Assembly: GCA_024346625.1 (NCBI GenBank)
Contig: AP024664.1
Span: 2,790,001 to 2,854,000, forward strand
DNA from: Williopsis jadinii
Lineage: Eukaryota
Reading direction: 5' to 3'
Length of the DNA stretch: 64,000 bases
Position numbers and translations under genes: made by a program. Of the stretch, positions 10,676-19,982 are shown one piece after another (the stretch's first letter is position 1; every line of letters starts with the position of its first letter). The notes beneath the pieces are model-generated. The model saw only the letters and a program-made list of their open reading frames with translations, was not told where the DNA came from and ran no database searches.

Positions 10676-11572
10676 CTAAGCCAAAGCTCTAATTGTGATT
10701 TCAAATGCGTAGAAAGTTGCTGCATTAGCTGGTGCAGCTCTAAGGATTGTTGGTACGAACCCTTTGAAGAAACCCTTGACACCCTGTTCCTTGAAGACCG
10801 TTCTAACAACGTCCTTGATTCCCTTGTACTTTGGAGTTTCAAGGCTATCTGTCTGGATTCTTGACTTGATGAAATCTATTGGGTACACGGAGAGCCACAT
10901 CGCGTATCCTGACATTGCACCGTATAAACAGAGCCTCAATCCTGGAACCTCCTTCCTCTCAATGCTGTTTCTGGTGATATCTCTCTTCACGAGGTATTCA
11001 AACGTCAAGAAGTACATACCCATGCCATGACCTTCTCTAATAGCTGTTGGTAGGAATCCCTTCATGATACCATGTGCAAACCCAGCCGTGCTGTATATCT
11101 TTTTGATCATCTGTAAAGGACCCAAAGAACCGGCGATTTGGGTCTGTAACCTCGATCTCACATGTTCGATTGGACTGGCCAGTATCGAGTTTGCAACACC
11201 TGCAACCACTCCTGATGTGTAGTACTGTGGGCCCGTCAACCCCTTGTTTATGTCAAAGACAGATCTCTTCATGTACTCGTTGACTGCGAATTGGATCGAC
11301 ACACAGGCACCTACCCCAACCAGCGGAGTCAAGGTCCCTTTGTAAAAGGCCCTCGGACCTTCCTCTTTGACCAGCTTCTTCACAACGTCCAATGGACCGT
11401 TGTACTTGCCACTGGCGTCCGACTGCAATCGGACCTTGGTGGTATCAAAGGGCTGGCCAACTAAAACCTGTGCAATACCACCAATGGTACCGGCAAACAG
11501 ATCCTTCAGAACCCTGTAGCTGTCGCTCTGCGGAATCTCATCGATACCGATGAACGCAAGCTCCTCGGTCAT
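10676..11572 (-). CDS. YMC1: Mitochondrial carrier, YMC1/YMC2 family (copy B)
   Basis: KDLFAGTIGGIAQVLVGQPFDTTKVRLQ, ASPIEHVR, REGHGMGMYF, RAAPANAATF; closest to canonical Ymc1. Confidence 0.85.
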   Translation of the reverse strand: MTEELAFIGIDEIPQSDSYRVLKDLFAGTIGGIAQVLVGQPFDTTKVRLQSDASGKYNGPLDVVKKLVKEEGPRAFYKGTLTPLVGVGACVSIQFAVNEYMKRSVFDINKGLTGPQYYTSGVVAGVANSILASPIEHVRSRLQTQIAGSLGPLQMIKKIYSTAGFAHGIMKGFLPTAIREGHGMGMYFLTFEYLVKRDITRNSIERKEVPGLRLCLYGAMSGYAMWLSVYPIDFIKSRIQTDSLETPKYKGIKDVVRTVFKEQGVKGFFKGFVPTILRAAPANAATFYAFEITIRALA

Positions 11573-12240
11573 CGCTCAACGATCAAGATGGGGTAAAAGA
11601 GTGAAACAAGCGTGATCTATTGAAAGAGTCCAAATAATTGGAGATGAATGAAAAGTTTTCCCATGGATGTAGCTCTTTTTTGGCACTGGGCCCAGCTTTA
11701 TCTGTTACTGGACGGCTAATTTTCCTGGTTGCGCAAGACGGGAAAGAACAAGAGAGACTCGCCAAAGAGGGAAAAAAAAAAAGAAACCCCAATTTCTACG
11801 GTGTAAACGCCTGGTGGTTTGATCCAGTCCGGAGTCAACTAGACGGAGTCAATTATACAAAGCTCGAGATGATTTACTCCAGGTTTATACAATTGGAGGA
11901 TTTGTTTGAGATGAATTGAAGAGCTGAACGACATGGTTATTGGTAAGCTTAGCATCCAGCGGTGGAAATCTGTATGGGAAAAAATTTAGCGATGCAAGCG
12001 ATAACAACGGCAGCGCACAACGAGCCCCGATAGGGGCTCGCCGTCCGTCCATCTGCGATGAGCTTCGCCAATTTGTTCTGAGAGGTGTCATTGATTGGAG
12101 TTTTGTTGAGAGATTATATCACCTACACACAGCAATAAGCTGATGAATCATACAATTCACCTCTATAACGTACACACTGGTTTTGTCTTTTCACAAAAGA
12201 GCTAAACGGACAAAATTTCCTTGGGGCCTCGATCAGCCAT

Positions 12241-13050
12241 CTATTTGGTTTCTCTGTGGAGATGGAATGCAGATGCCTGGTTTGTAGAGAAGATCAACGT
12301 CTCTGCGATGACGGTATTCTCACGTCTGGTAGTGGCAAAGATGATGAGGTCTGCGATATCCTTTGCGATCAGCGGTTCTGTTCCTTCGTAAACCTTCTTA
12401 GCTCTCTCCTTATCGCCAAAGAATCTCACGTTTGAGAACTCTGTCTCAACGTTACCTGGGTCGACTTCAATGACCCTGATTTTGGTGTCGATCAGCTCCT
12501 TTCTCAAAGAGTGTGTGAATGATCTGAGAGCAGCCTTAGTTGCGCAGTAAATACCACCACCTGGGTAAGGGTCTCTGCCAGCAATGGATCCCAATTGAAC
12601 AATATCTCCGCTGTTTCTCTCCTTCATGCCTTTCAGGATCTTTTGAGTAATGGCAATCATACCAATAACGTTTGTATCAAACATTGTGTTGATATCGGCT
12701 TGCTTGATATCACCAATCTTATCCAATCCTTGTGCTTTTCCGGCGTTGTTGACGAGAATGTCAACCTTTGAGAGAGCCTCCGCAAAGGTTTCAAAGAAAG
12801 TGTCAATATCCTTCAAGTCGGAAACATCCAGCTTGGCAATGATGACCTTGATGGTGGAGAAGTCCTTCTCCAGTTTGGACTTCAGCTCTTCCAGCTTCTC
12901 CAATCTTCTGGCTGTGAGAATCAGTGTAACTTCACCGTTGGAAGCTTCCGCGTAATCAATGGCTGTTTGCTCACCAATACCAGCAGAGGCACCGGTGATG
13001 AGGATGGTTTTACCTCTAAGTCTATCAGCTGCTGCAGATCCGTATGACAT
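12241..13050 (-). CDS. NADP-dependent 3-hydroxy-acid dehydrogenase (SDR, YMR226C/YdfG-like)
   Basis: TGASAGIG, NNAG, YCATK catalytic YxxxK, DPGNVETEFS. Confidence 0.9.
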   Translation of the reverse strand: MSYGSAAADRLRGKTILITGASAGIGEQTAIDYAEASNGEVTLILTARRLEKLEELKSKLEKDFSTIKVIIAKLDVSDLKDIDTFFETFAEALSKVDILVNNAGKAQGLDKIGDIKQADINTMFDTNVIGMIAITQKILKGMKERNSGDIVQLGSIAGRDPYPGGGIYCATKAALRSFTHSLRKELIDTKIRVIEVDPGNVETEFSNVRFFGDKERAKKVYEGTEPLIAKDIADLIIFATTRRENTVIAETLIFSTNQASAFHLHRETK

Positions 13051-14219
13051 CGTCTTCCTATGATACCAATTGAATCAATGGGGATATTTCGGAATGAGAA
13101 GAGTGATAACACGTCGAAGGAAAAACTAACCTGGAACCTATCCTTTTATAGTCCCAACTCTGAAAAAACTCATCGGTATTAGCCCCCGGGAAGCGAACCC
13201 CTACGGCGATAAGAAGCACAGTTTGTGTACGTGTGTTTTTTGTTCAAGAGCACATGCCACAGTCCACAGAGGGAAGGTGAGATCAGGACGTATCCCGCCA
13301 ACATGTCTGAATTTCCATGGGTTTCTACAGTGTGCGGAATTGCACCAAACATCAACTAATGCTCCTCTCTGATGAAAATGAGATGTAGTTGATCTAAAAC
13401 ATCGCACTGACGCAAGACCAAAAGAACTAGGAGCTGCAAGGACAAAAACCGTATTCGAGCAGTTATGACAGTGCCCCTCTCTGACTAAGCACCAGGCTCA
13501 TGGACCAATGGGGGTTTGTGTGTATCCGTTGACCAATGCTACTCGGGGTGAATTGTTGATTTCGCGATGTTTCAAAATCATCCACGCACACATCTCCCGG
13601 CTCGTTGAAGATGAGAGGCCCGCGCCGGTTTCATCCAGGGCGTCCACCCATCATTTGAAGCTTGAATGACTTCTTAGGTCTCACCTTGTATAATATAGAC
13701 AAGAGGCAGTGTGCTACACATTTTAGAAGATCGATGTGAGCTGCCATCTGTAGCTAATAGGAGCAATATCCAGAATTGACCGTGGAGGTGTTGTGCCCCG
13801 GGGACACCAGGCAGCGGCACTGTTAACCCAATTGGGCTTCACAGGGGAAAGTACCGTTTTGTTTCGCCTTGTTTAAGCAGGGCTCCTTCTAGAGGGCATT
13901 GTTTTCTGCCTAAACTTCAAAGGAACTCTAGGCAGAGCCGTACGGTTCCACACTGTATAGACCTGCCGCTGGCTTCAGGTGCACAAAATTAGGAGAGAAC
14001 CCCCGGTAAAGCTCCAATGAAAACTGGGCGGAATTTTACCATCGTACAAACGGAAAGAGCCAGAGGGAAAAAAGAAAGAAAAAAATTGTAAACACAACCG
14101 CAATTGTATAGAAAGAAGAGAAAAAAAATCTAAAGGTTGCATCAACTGCTTTGTTGTTCTCTCTTCATCTGTGTTTGATCTAGTTGTTATTTGCGTTGCT
14201 AACGGAGAGAGGAGAAATA

Positions 14220-15734
14220 ATGACCACGGATAAGTCCCCCATTAAGAGAGTACCAGATGAGCAAGAGCTGAAGAGGCTTTTCGAGCTCATCGACTTGAAC
14301 CATACAGGGAAAGTGGATGCGACGACCTTACACAAGGCATTCCACGAGACAAACCATCCATTGAAGAACTCCAAGTCTGCGATCGACAATCTGTTTCACT
14401 CGTTAGACTCCAACGGTGACGATGTGATAGATTTCCAGGAATTTAAAGATTACATGCGTAAAGCGGATGCTCAAATACATGCAGGCTTTGTCAAGATTGA
14501 CAAAGATCAAGATGGTAAGATTGTGAAATCGGAGTTGAAGAGGTACCTGAAGCAGATCAAGGACAAAGACGTCGAGGACTTTTCGGAATTCTCACGGCAC
14601 ATCAGTTCCAAGTCTTCTTCAGACTACATTACGTATGACCAATGGCGTGAATTCTTACTGTTTGTACCAAGAATGAACGGATCAAGGCTACGCACCGCTT
14701 ATGAATTTCTCAATAATAACGAGGCCGATTTGAACTCTGAAGGTGATGTCACGGTGGTGAATGAATTCTTAAAAGGTATCGGGTTCTTCTTAGCTGGTGG
14801 ACTCTCGGGTGTCGTGTCGAGAACGTGTACGGCGCCGTTTGATCGTATTAAGGTCTTCCTCATTGCAAGAACGGATCTTTCCTCGACACTATTACATGAC
14901 AAGTCCGAATTGGCTAAACAGCACAACAATGTACCACTAAAGAAGATTAGATCTCCTTTGGTTAAAGCTGCCACTACACTATATAGACAGGGTGGGCTGA
15001 AGGCATTTTACGTGGGTAATGGATTGAACGTTATGAAAGTGTTCCCTGAATCTGCAATGAAGTTCGGATCGTTTGAATTGGCAAAGAGAGTCATGGCAAA
15101 CTTGGAAAATGTGGAGGATGTGTCCCAGCTATCAAAAGTATCAACATATATTGCTGGTGGTCTTGGTGGTGTCGTTTCTCAATTCACCGTTTATCCAATC
15201 GATACTCTGAAATATCGTGTCCAGTGCGCTCCACTGGATACCAAAATCAAGGGGAATAAGCTTCTGATTGAAACCGCACGTCAGATGTACAACGAAGGTG
15301 GTATGAAACTGTTCTATAGAGGTGTTTTGGTTGGTGTTGCCGGTATTTTCCCTTATGCTGCTTTGGATTTGGGTACGTTCAGTGCCCTCAAAAAGTGGTA
15401 CATTCACAAGGAAGCAAAGAGACTCAAATGTTCAGAAGATAGCGTCATCATGAGTAATTTGGTGGTGTTACCTATGGGTGCATTTTCAGGTACCGTTGGT
15501 GCCACGGTGGTTTATCCGATAAACTTGTTAAGAACCAGACTTCAAGCACAGGGTACATTTGCCCACCCTTATAAGTACGATGGATTTAGAGACGTTCTAC
15601 AACAAACAATCAAAAGGGAAGGTCTACCAGGTCTGTTTAAAGGTTTAGTACCTAATTTGGCAAAAGTGTGTCCTGCTGTGTCCATAAGTTATCTCATGTA
15701 CGAAAATTTGAAGAGAGCAATGAACTTGGAATGA
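14220..15734 (+). CDS. SAL1: Ca2+-binding mitochondrial ATP-Mg/Pi carrier
   Basis: N-terminal EF-hands (DSNGDDVIDFQE, DKDQDGKIVKSE) plus carrier repeats (RTCTAPFDRIK, YPIDTLK, YPINLLR). ATG 14220. Confidence 0.93.
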   Translation: MTTDKSPIKRVPDEQELKRLFELIDLNHTGKVDATTLHKAFHETNHPLKNSKSAIDNLFHSLDSNGDDVIDFQEFKDYMRKADAQIHAGFVKIDKDQDGKIVKSELKRYLKQIKDKDVEDFSEFSRHISSKSSSDYITYDQWREFLLFVPRMNGSRLRTAYEFLNNNEADLNSEGDVTVVNEFLKGIGFFLAGGLSGVVSRTCTAPFDRIKVFLIARTDLSSTLLHDKSELAKQHNNVPLKKIRSPLVKAATTLYRQGGLKAFYVGNGLNVMKVFPESAMKFGSFELAKRVMANLENVEDVSQLSKVSTYIAGGLGGVVSQFTVYPIDTLKYRVQCAPLDTKIKGNKLLIETARQMYNEGGMKLFYRGVLVGVAGIFPYAALDLGTFSALKKWYIHKEAKRLKCSEDSVIMSNLVVLPMGAFSGTVGATVVYPINLLRTRLQAQGTFAHPYKYDGFRDVLQQTIKREGLPGLFKGLVPNLAKVCPAVSISYLMYENLKRAMNLE

Positions 15735-15812
15735 TTCACACCATAGCATGCTGAAGCATGTATGCATTATATTTGTCTGTGTTGTTTTTATGTTATATCT
15801 GTTTTCATTATG

Positions 15813-16445
15813 TTATTTACTTGCTTGTTTGATTTCAATTGAGGAATAAAACACTATTGGGCCACATTCGACTATGGGCAATGGTCTCAACGAACTCATA
15901 CTTTTAATATTTCCATTATCGTTATCATTTTCTTGAATATATTCATTTCGTTTATCTAATATCCAATCCTCCTTGAGGGTCAAACCTTTGGTCTCCGCTG
16001 TGACCTCCATGGTTGGGAATATCCCGTCAAGCGGTGGCCTGAGAGTTCGTATCTGTGAGATGAAAGCACTCAAATTGGCCCGATATTGATCAACCATATC
16101 ATCTATACAAACATCAACTATTTCTTTATCATGGAAATCGGGCTTTATGGTTCGAAATTCTCGCAGGTCCAGTGTATAACACTCAGAGGCATTATCAGCC
16201 GCTAGAATCAACCGTAGAGCCATCAAGTGTCCAAGTGTTAGATCATTTAGGAGGTCTTGTACAAGCTCCAATTGCCATTCTTGTACGGATGGATGTCTGT
16301 TGTATGGAACCCTAAGATTGAACGAGTTTCTCTCCTCAAATGCTGTCTTTGGGTACACACCTCGCTCATAAGCGATGATATTCAACCAGGTTATGATATA
16401 CTGCTTGAAACATGCTAATAGTTCCCTAACCGTGGTTTGTTGCAT
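15813..16445 (-). CDS. REV7: HORMA-domain protein, DNA polymerase zeta subunit Rev7
   Basis: WLNIIAYERGVYPKTAF...FNLRVPYNRHPSVQEW matches the Rev7/Mad2L2 N-terminal HORMA pattern. Confidence 0.75.
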   Translation of the reverse strand: MQQTTVRELLACFKQYIITWLNIIAYERGVYPKTAFEERNSFNLRVPYNRHPSVQEWQLELVQDLLNDLTLGHLMALRLILAADNASECYTLDLREFRTIKPDFHDKEIVDVCIDDMVDQYRANLSAFISQIRTLRPPLDGIFPTMEVTAETKGLTLKEDWILDKRNEYIQENDNDNGNIKSMSSLRPLPIVECGPIVFYSSIEIKQASK

Positions 16446-16559
16446 GGTGTGTCATTGAACATCAGCTGTAATTTGCTAAGCAGAGCTTTCCGTTGTCATG
16501 GCGGCTTAAATTCACAAAACCCCATAACAAAAACAGAAAAGCGCGTTGTTGTTGTTTTG

Positions 16560-16565
16560 ACGCGT
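16560..16565. promoter_or_regulatory. MCB element (ACGCGT) in the REV7-PMS1 bidirectional promoter
   Basis: Exact ACGCGT, with a near-match GCGCGT at 16541-16546, in a ~160-bp divergent intergenic region. Confidence 0.55.
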
Positions 16566-16606
16566 AAACATTAAGAGATTGGGAGCAAACGGCAGAGGCG
16601 GTGACA

Positions 16607-19126
16607 ATGGTGATTAGAAATATCGAAGTAGCAGATGTTCATCGGATCACATCGGGTCAGGTGATTGTCGATATGACCTCCATTGTAAAGGAAGTTGTGG
16701 AGAATAGTCTGGATGCCAATGCGACTGTTGTTGAAGTGGAGTTCAAGAATTACGGGTTGGATTCGATCACAGTGAGTGATAATGGTGATGGGATTTCAGA
16801 AGAGGATTTTGAATCAATAGCTTTGAAGCATCATACTTCTAAGTTGTCCTCTTTCAATGAACTAGAGAAGGTGCACACATTGGGCTTCAGAGGTGAAGCG
16901 TTATCGTCCTTGTGTTCGATAGGCTCCTTGGGCATTGTCACCACGCAATCTCCACCTATGGCACACCAGTTGACTTTCAAGGAATCTGGAGCATTGGACA
17001 AGACAACTATTTGTAAAGGCTCAAAGGGTACTACTGTCACGGTTTCGTCTCTGTTTAAGAATCTTCCTGTGCGGTTGAAAGAACTGACGAAGAACATCAA
17101 GAGAGAGTTCAACAAGTGTATTTCTTTACTGCAATCATACGCGTTGATCAATACTAAGGTCAAGTTTGTGGTGCGGAATGTGAACTCTAAGGGTAAGAAG
17201 GTTAATATGCTACACTCTCAAGGTCTCAATTCGCTAAAGAGTAACATTATCAGCATATTTGGTTCAACTGGGTTACAAGGCTTGGTTCCATTGGACATAG
17301 AATTGGATTTAAACTTGGTTAAATCAAAACTGAAAATATCTGATTTCAATGACGATTATACCATCAAGCTGGACGGATTTGTCTCAAAAGTTGGCTTTGG
17401 AAGGGCTGCAAAGGATAGACAGTACTTTTTCATCAACAAGAGACCCGTTAACCTTAGGAAGTGGGCACAGGTTATCAACGAAACATACAAGACATTTAAC
17501 GCTACTCAACTACCAGTAATTATATTGGATATAACAATTTCCCCGGGGTTTTTGGATCTTAATGTCACCCCTGATAAGAGGACAGTCCTGATCAACAATG
17601 AGGATGCGGTTCTTGATGAGCTAAGATCGAGTATGATTCAGTTCTATGATGCACAGGACTTGAGTCTTCCAAGAACCACCCGCACGCATAAACTTTCTTT
17701 TGATGAAAATGAATCAGATGAAACAATAAGCACCCTGAGAAGTCGTTTCTCCTCCTCTATTGACGACACACTTGTTGATGACACTCCAAGGAAGAGACCG
17801 CTTGATGAAATTGAAGATCAAAGCTCCACCAAAAGAGCGAAGGTTGAAACTATAAGAATTGAGAGTATAGAAGTTGAAGAAGAGAACGATGAATGCACAA
17901 ATGTCCATGAGGTTGAAGAAGAAAACGATGAACGCACAAATATCCATGAAATTGAAGAGGCAGATGACCTGAATGATGTTGTTGGGGTAGAAATTGATGA
18001 AAATGTTCATAATCATGTACCTGAATTGGAAGATACTTCCAGCTCAGAAGAAGAGAATCTAGAAGAGGTTGAGCCAACTGTCAGGCCCTCTAAGAAATTA
18101 CTACAGCCAACTTTCACAAACAAACTCACTACATTGAAATCTTTATCTGCCTTCAAACTTGGTTCTCAAGAAGAACCAGCACTCAAAGAAATACAAAGTA
18201 CTGTTGATACTATTATCCATCGAAGGGGAAAGTGTAATCATGACCACGATTCGGAAGAGGAAAGCCAATCAGATGAAGAGGATGAACACATAGAAGAAGT
18301 TAACAACGATGAGGAGGATTCAAATAGAGATGAGCTTGAACTTGTCAAGTACAAAGAAATTGGAACATCTGAATTCTTTGAAGTATCAGTGGGTTTACCC
18401 GTACAATTTGCAAAACCTCTAACAGGTAAACCAGTCTCTAGACAAAAAGTCGACCTCGATGACATTAACAATCAAGAAGAATCTGAGAATTACCTCACGC
18501 TAACTGTGTCCAAAAAGGACTTCAAAAATATGAAAATTATTGGACAATTCAACTTGGGGTTTATCCTTGTTACTCGTGAGCTGGATAATAAAAGAGACAT
18601 GTTCATAATCGATCAACATGCATCCGATGAGAAATACAACTTTGAACAACTTCAGAGGGATACAGTGATGGAGAGCCAAAGAATGGTTGTTCCTCAATCA
18701 TTAGAACTCAGTGTCATTGACGAACTTGTTGTGATTGATAACCAGGATGTGATTACAAAGAATGGATTCCAGTTGTCTATAGACATGGATGGCATACCTG
18801 GTAATCGTATCAAACTGGTATCCTTGCCAATGTCGAAGCGAATCACATTTGACACTGTGGATTTCTATGAGTTATTGCATCTGATCAAAGAGCAACAATC
18901 CAACACTCAAACACTACGGTGTTCCAAAGTTCGTTCGATGTTAGCAATGAGGGCCTGCCGAAAATCAATAATGATTGGAAAACACCTATCTCATAGGCAG
19001 ATGTCTCAGGTTGTCTCTAACCTTGGAGATTTGGATAAACCCTGGAACTGTCCCCACGGTAGGCCAACAATGAGACACTTAACAGAACTGGAGTGGGAAC
19101 CATTTAGAGAGGACTATAGTCTGTGA
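16607..19126 (+). CDS. PMS1: MutL-alpha subunit Pms1 (mismatch-repair endonuclease)
   Basis: GHKL ATPase motifs (ENSLDA, DNGDG, GFRGEAL); DQHASDEKYNFE endonuclease motif; ACR and CPHGRP. Confidence 0.96.
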   Translation: MVIRNIEVADVHRITSGQVIVDMTSIVKEVVENSLDANATVVEVEFKNYGLDSITVSDNGDGISEEDFESIALKHHTSKLSSFNELEKVHTLGFRGEALSSLCSIGSLGIVTTQSPPMAHQLTFKESGALDKTTICKGSKGTTVTVSSLFKNLPVRLKELTKNIKREFNKCISLLQSYALINTKVKFVVRNVNSKGKKVNMLHSQGLNSLKSNIISIFGSTGLQGLVPLDIELDLNLVKSKLKISDFNDDYTIKLDGFVSKVGFGRAAKDRQYFFINKRPVNLRKWAQVINETYKTFNATQLPVIILDITISPGFLDLNVTPDKRTVLINNEDAVLDELRSSMIQFYDAQDLSLPRTTRTHKLSFDENESDETISTLRSRFSSSIDDTLVDDTPRKRPLDEIEDQSSTKRAKVETIRIESIEVEEENDECTNVHEVEEENDERTNIHEIEEADDLNDVVGVEIDENVHNHVPELEDTSSSEEENLEEVEPTVRPSKKLLQPTFTNKLTTLKSLSAFKLGSQEEPALKEIQSTVDTIIHRRGKCNHDHDSEEESQSDEEDEHIEEVNNDEEDSNRDELELVKYKEIGTSEFFEVSVGLPVQFAKPLTGKPVSRQKVDLDDINNQEESENYLTLTVSKKDFKNMKIIGQFNLGFILVTRELDNKRDMFIIDQHASDEKYNFEQLQRDTVMESQRMVVPQSLELSVIDELVVIDNQDVITKNGFQLSIDMDGIPGNRIKLVSLPMSKRITFDTVDFYELLHLIKEQQSNTQTLRCSKVRSMLAMRACRKSIMIGKHLSHRQMSQVVSNLGDLDKPWNCPHGRPTMRHLTELEWEPFREDYSL

Positions 19127-19230
19127 CATACAATATAATATATTTACATCAACCCGTCATGAATAAGACAGATAAACCTATGTACCGGAAATGTTGTGCG
19201 CTTAATAAATGTGATCCTTCTTCTCTTGAT

Positions 19231-19677
19231 CTAAAAGAAGGGCTTGAGGAAGTTTTTGAACGCGCCAAAAACACCTGTCTCCTGCTGAATGCTAGCACCA
19301 GCATATGTGGAGTATCCTCTTCTCTCGATTCTATTAAGTTTTCTAGCAGTCTTTGCGTTTGTTCTTGTCTTTTGACCACGAACTGGAAGACCCATGGCAT
19401 GTCTAATACCTGAGTAAGACCCAATGGCTCTCTTAAGAGCAATATTTTGACGAATGACTGCTCTTGCATCACCTTCTATCGTGAGCTCCGAGAGCTCCTT
19501 GGTTATACCCAAGATCTGTTGTTCTGATAATTGGTGCATACGCATCATTGGATACAATCCCAGTTTGGCACAGATTCTTTGAACATCATCCTTCGCAAGT
19601 CCGTAGAACTTAGACTTCAAGCCAACAGTAACCAGTTCCTTGGCACGAAAGGCCTTTCCCATGATAGTAACAGCCAT
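19231..19677 (-). CDS. SWS2: Mitochondrial small-subunit ribosomal protein uS13m
   Basis: [26 protein letters not shown] uS13 signature; next to PMS1. Confidence 0.92.
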   Translation of the reverse strand: MAVTIMGKAFRAKELVTVGLKSKFYGLAKDDVQRICAKLGLYPMMRMHQLSEQQILGITKELSELTIEGDARAVIRQNIALKRAIGSYSGIRHAMGLPVRGQKTRTNAKTARKLNRIERRGYSTYAGASIQQETGVFGAFKNFLKPFF

Positions 19678-19982
19678 GTTTAACGTTCACTGCTTCTCTT
19701 TCTATGCTGGAACCCATCGTCCAACAACTTCAAAGTGAATTTTCACCGGTTACTTTCCCACTTTCTGGTTTGCACCACAGAGGAAAACTCGAAAACGAGT
19801 TCGCGATAGAGTTCCGTTTAACTGGTTCGAGCAACACAAAAGCGCTTTTAGTTACAAACAACAACAAAAACAAAAGCGCGCGAAAAGTAAACAAAGGGAG
19901 AAACAAATATGAGCGGCGGGTTTCTTCATATAAACAAAACAAAGAACAATAGCTAAAGAGGAGGGAAAGAAGTGATCAAAAC

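Noticed and set aside
14197..14215. TGCTAAC branch-like motif upstream of SAL1
   Set aside because: No convincing donor or YAG acceptor; the ATG at 14220 suffices.
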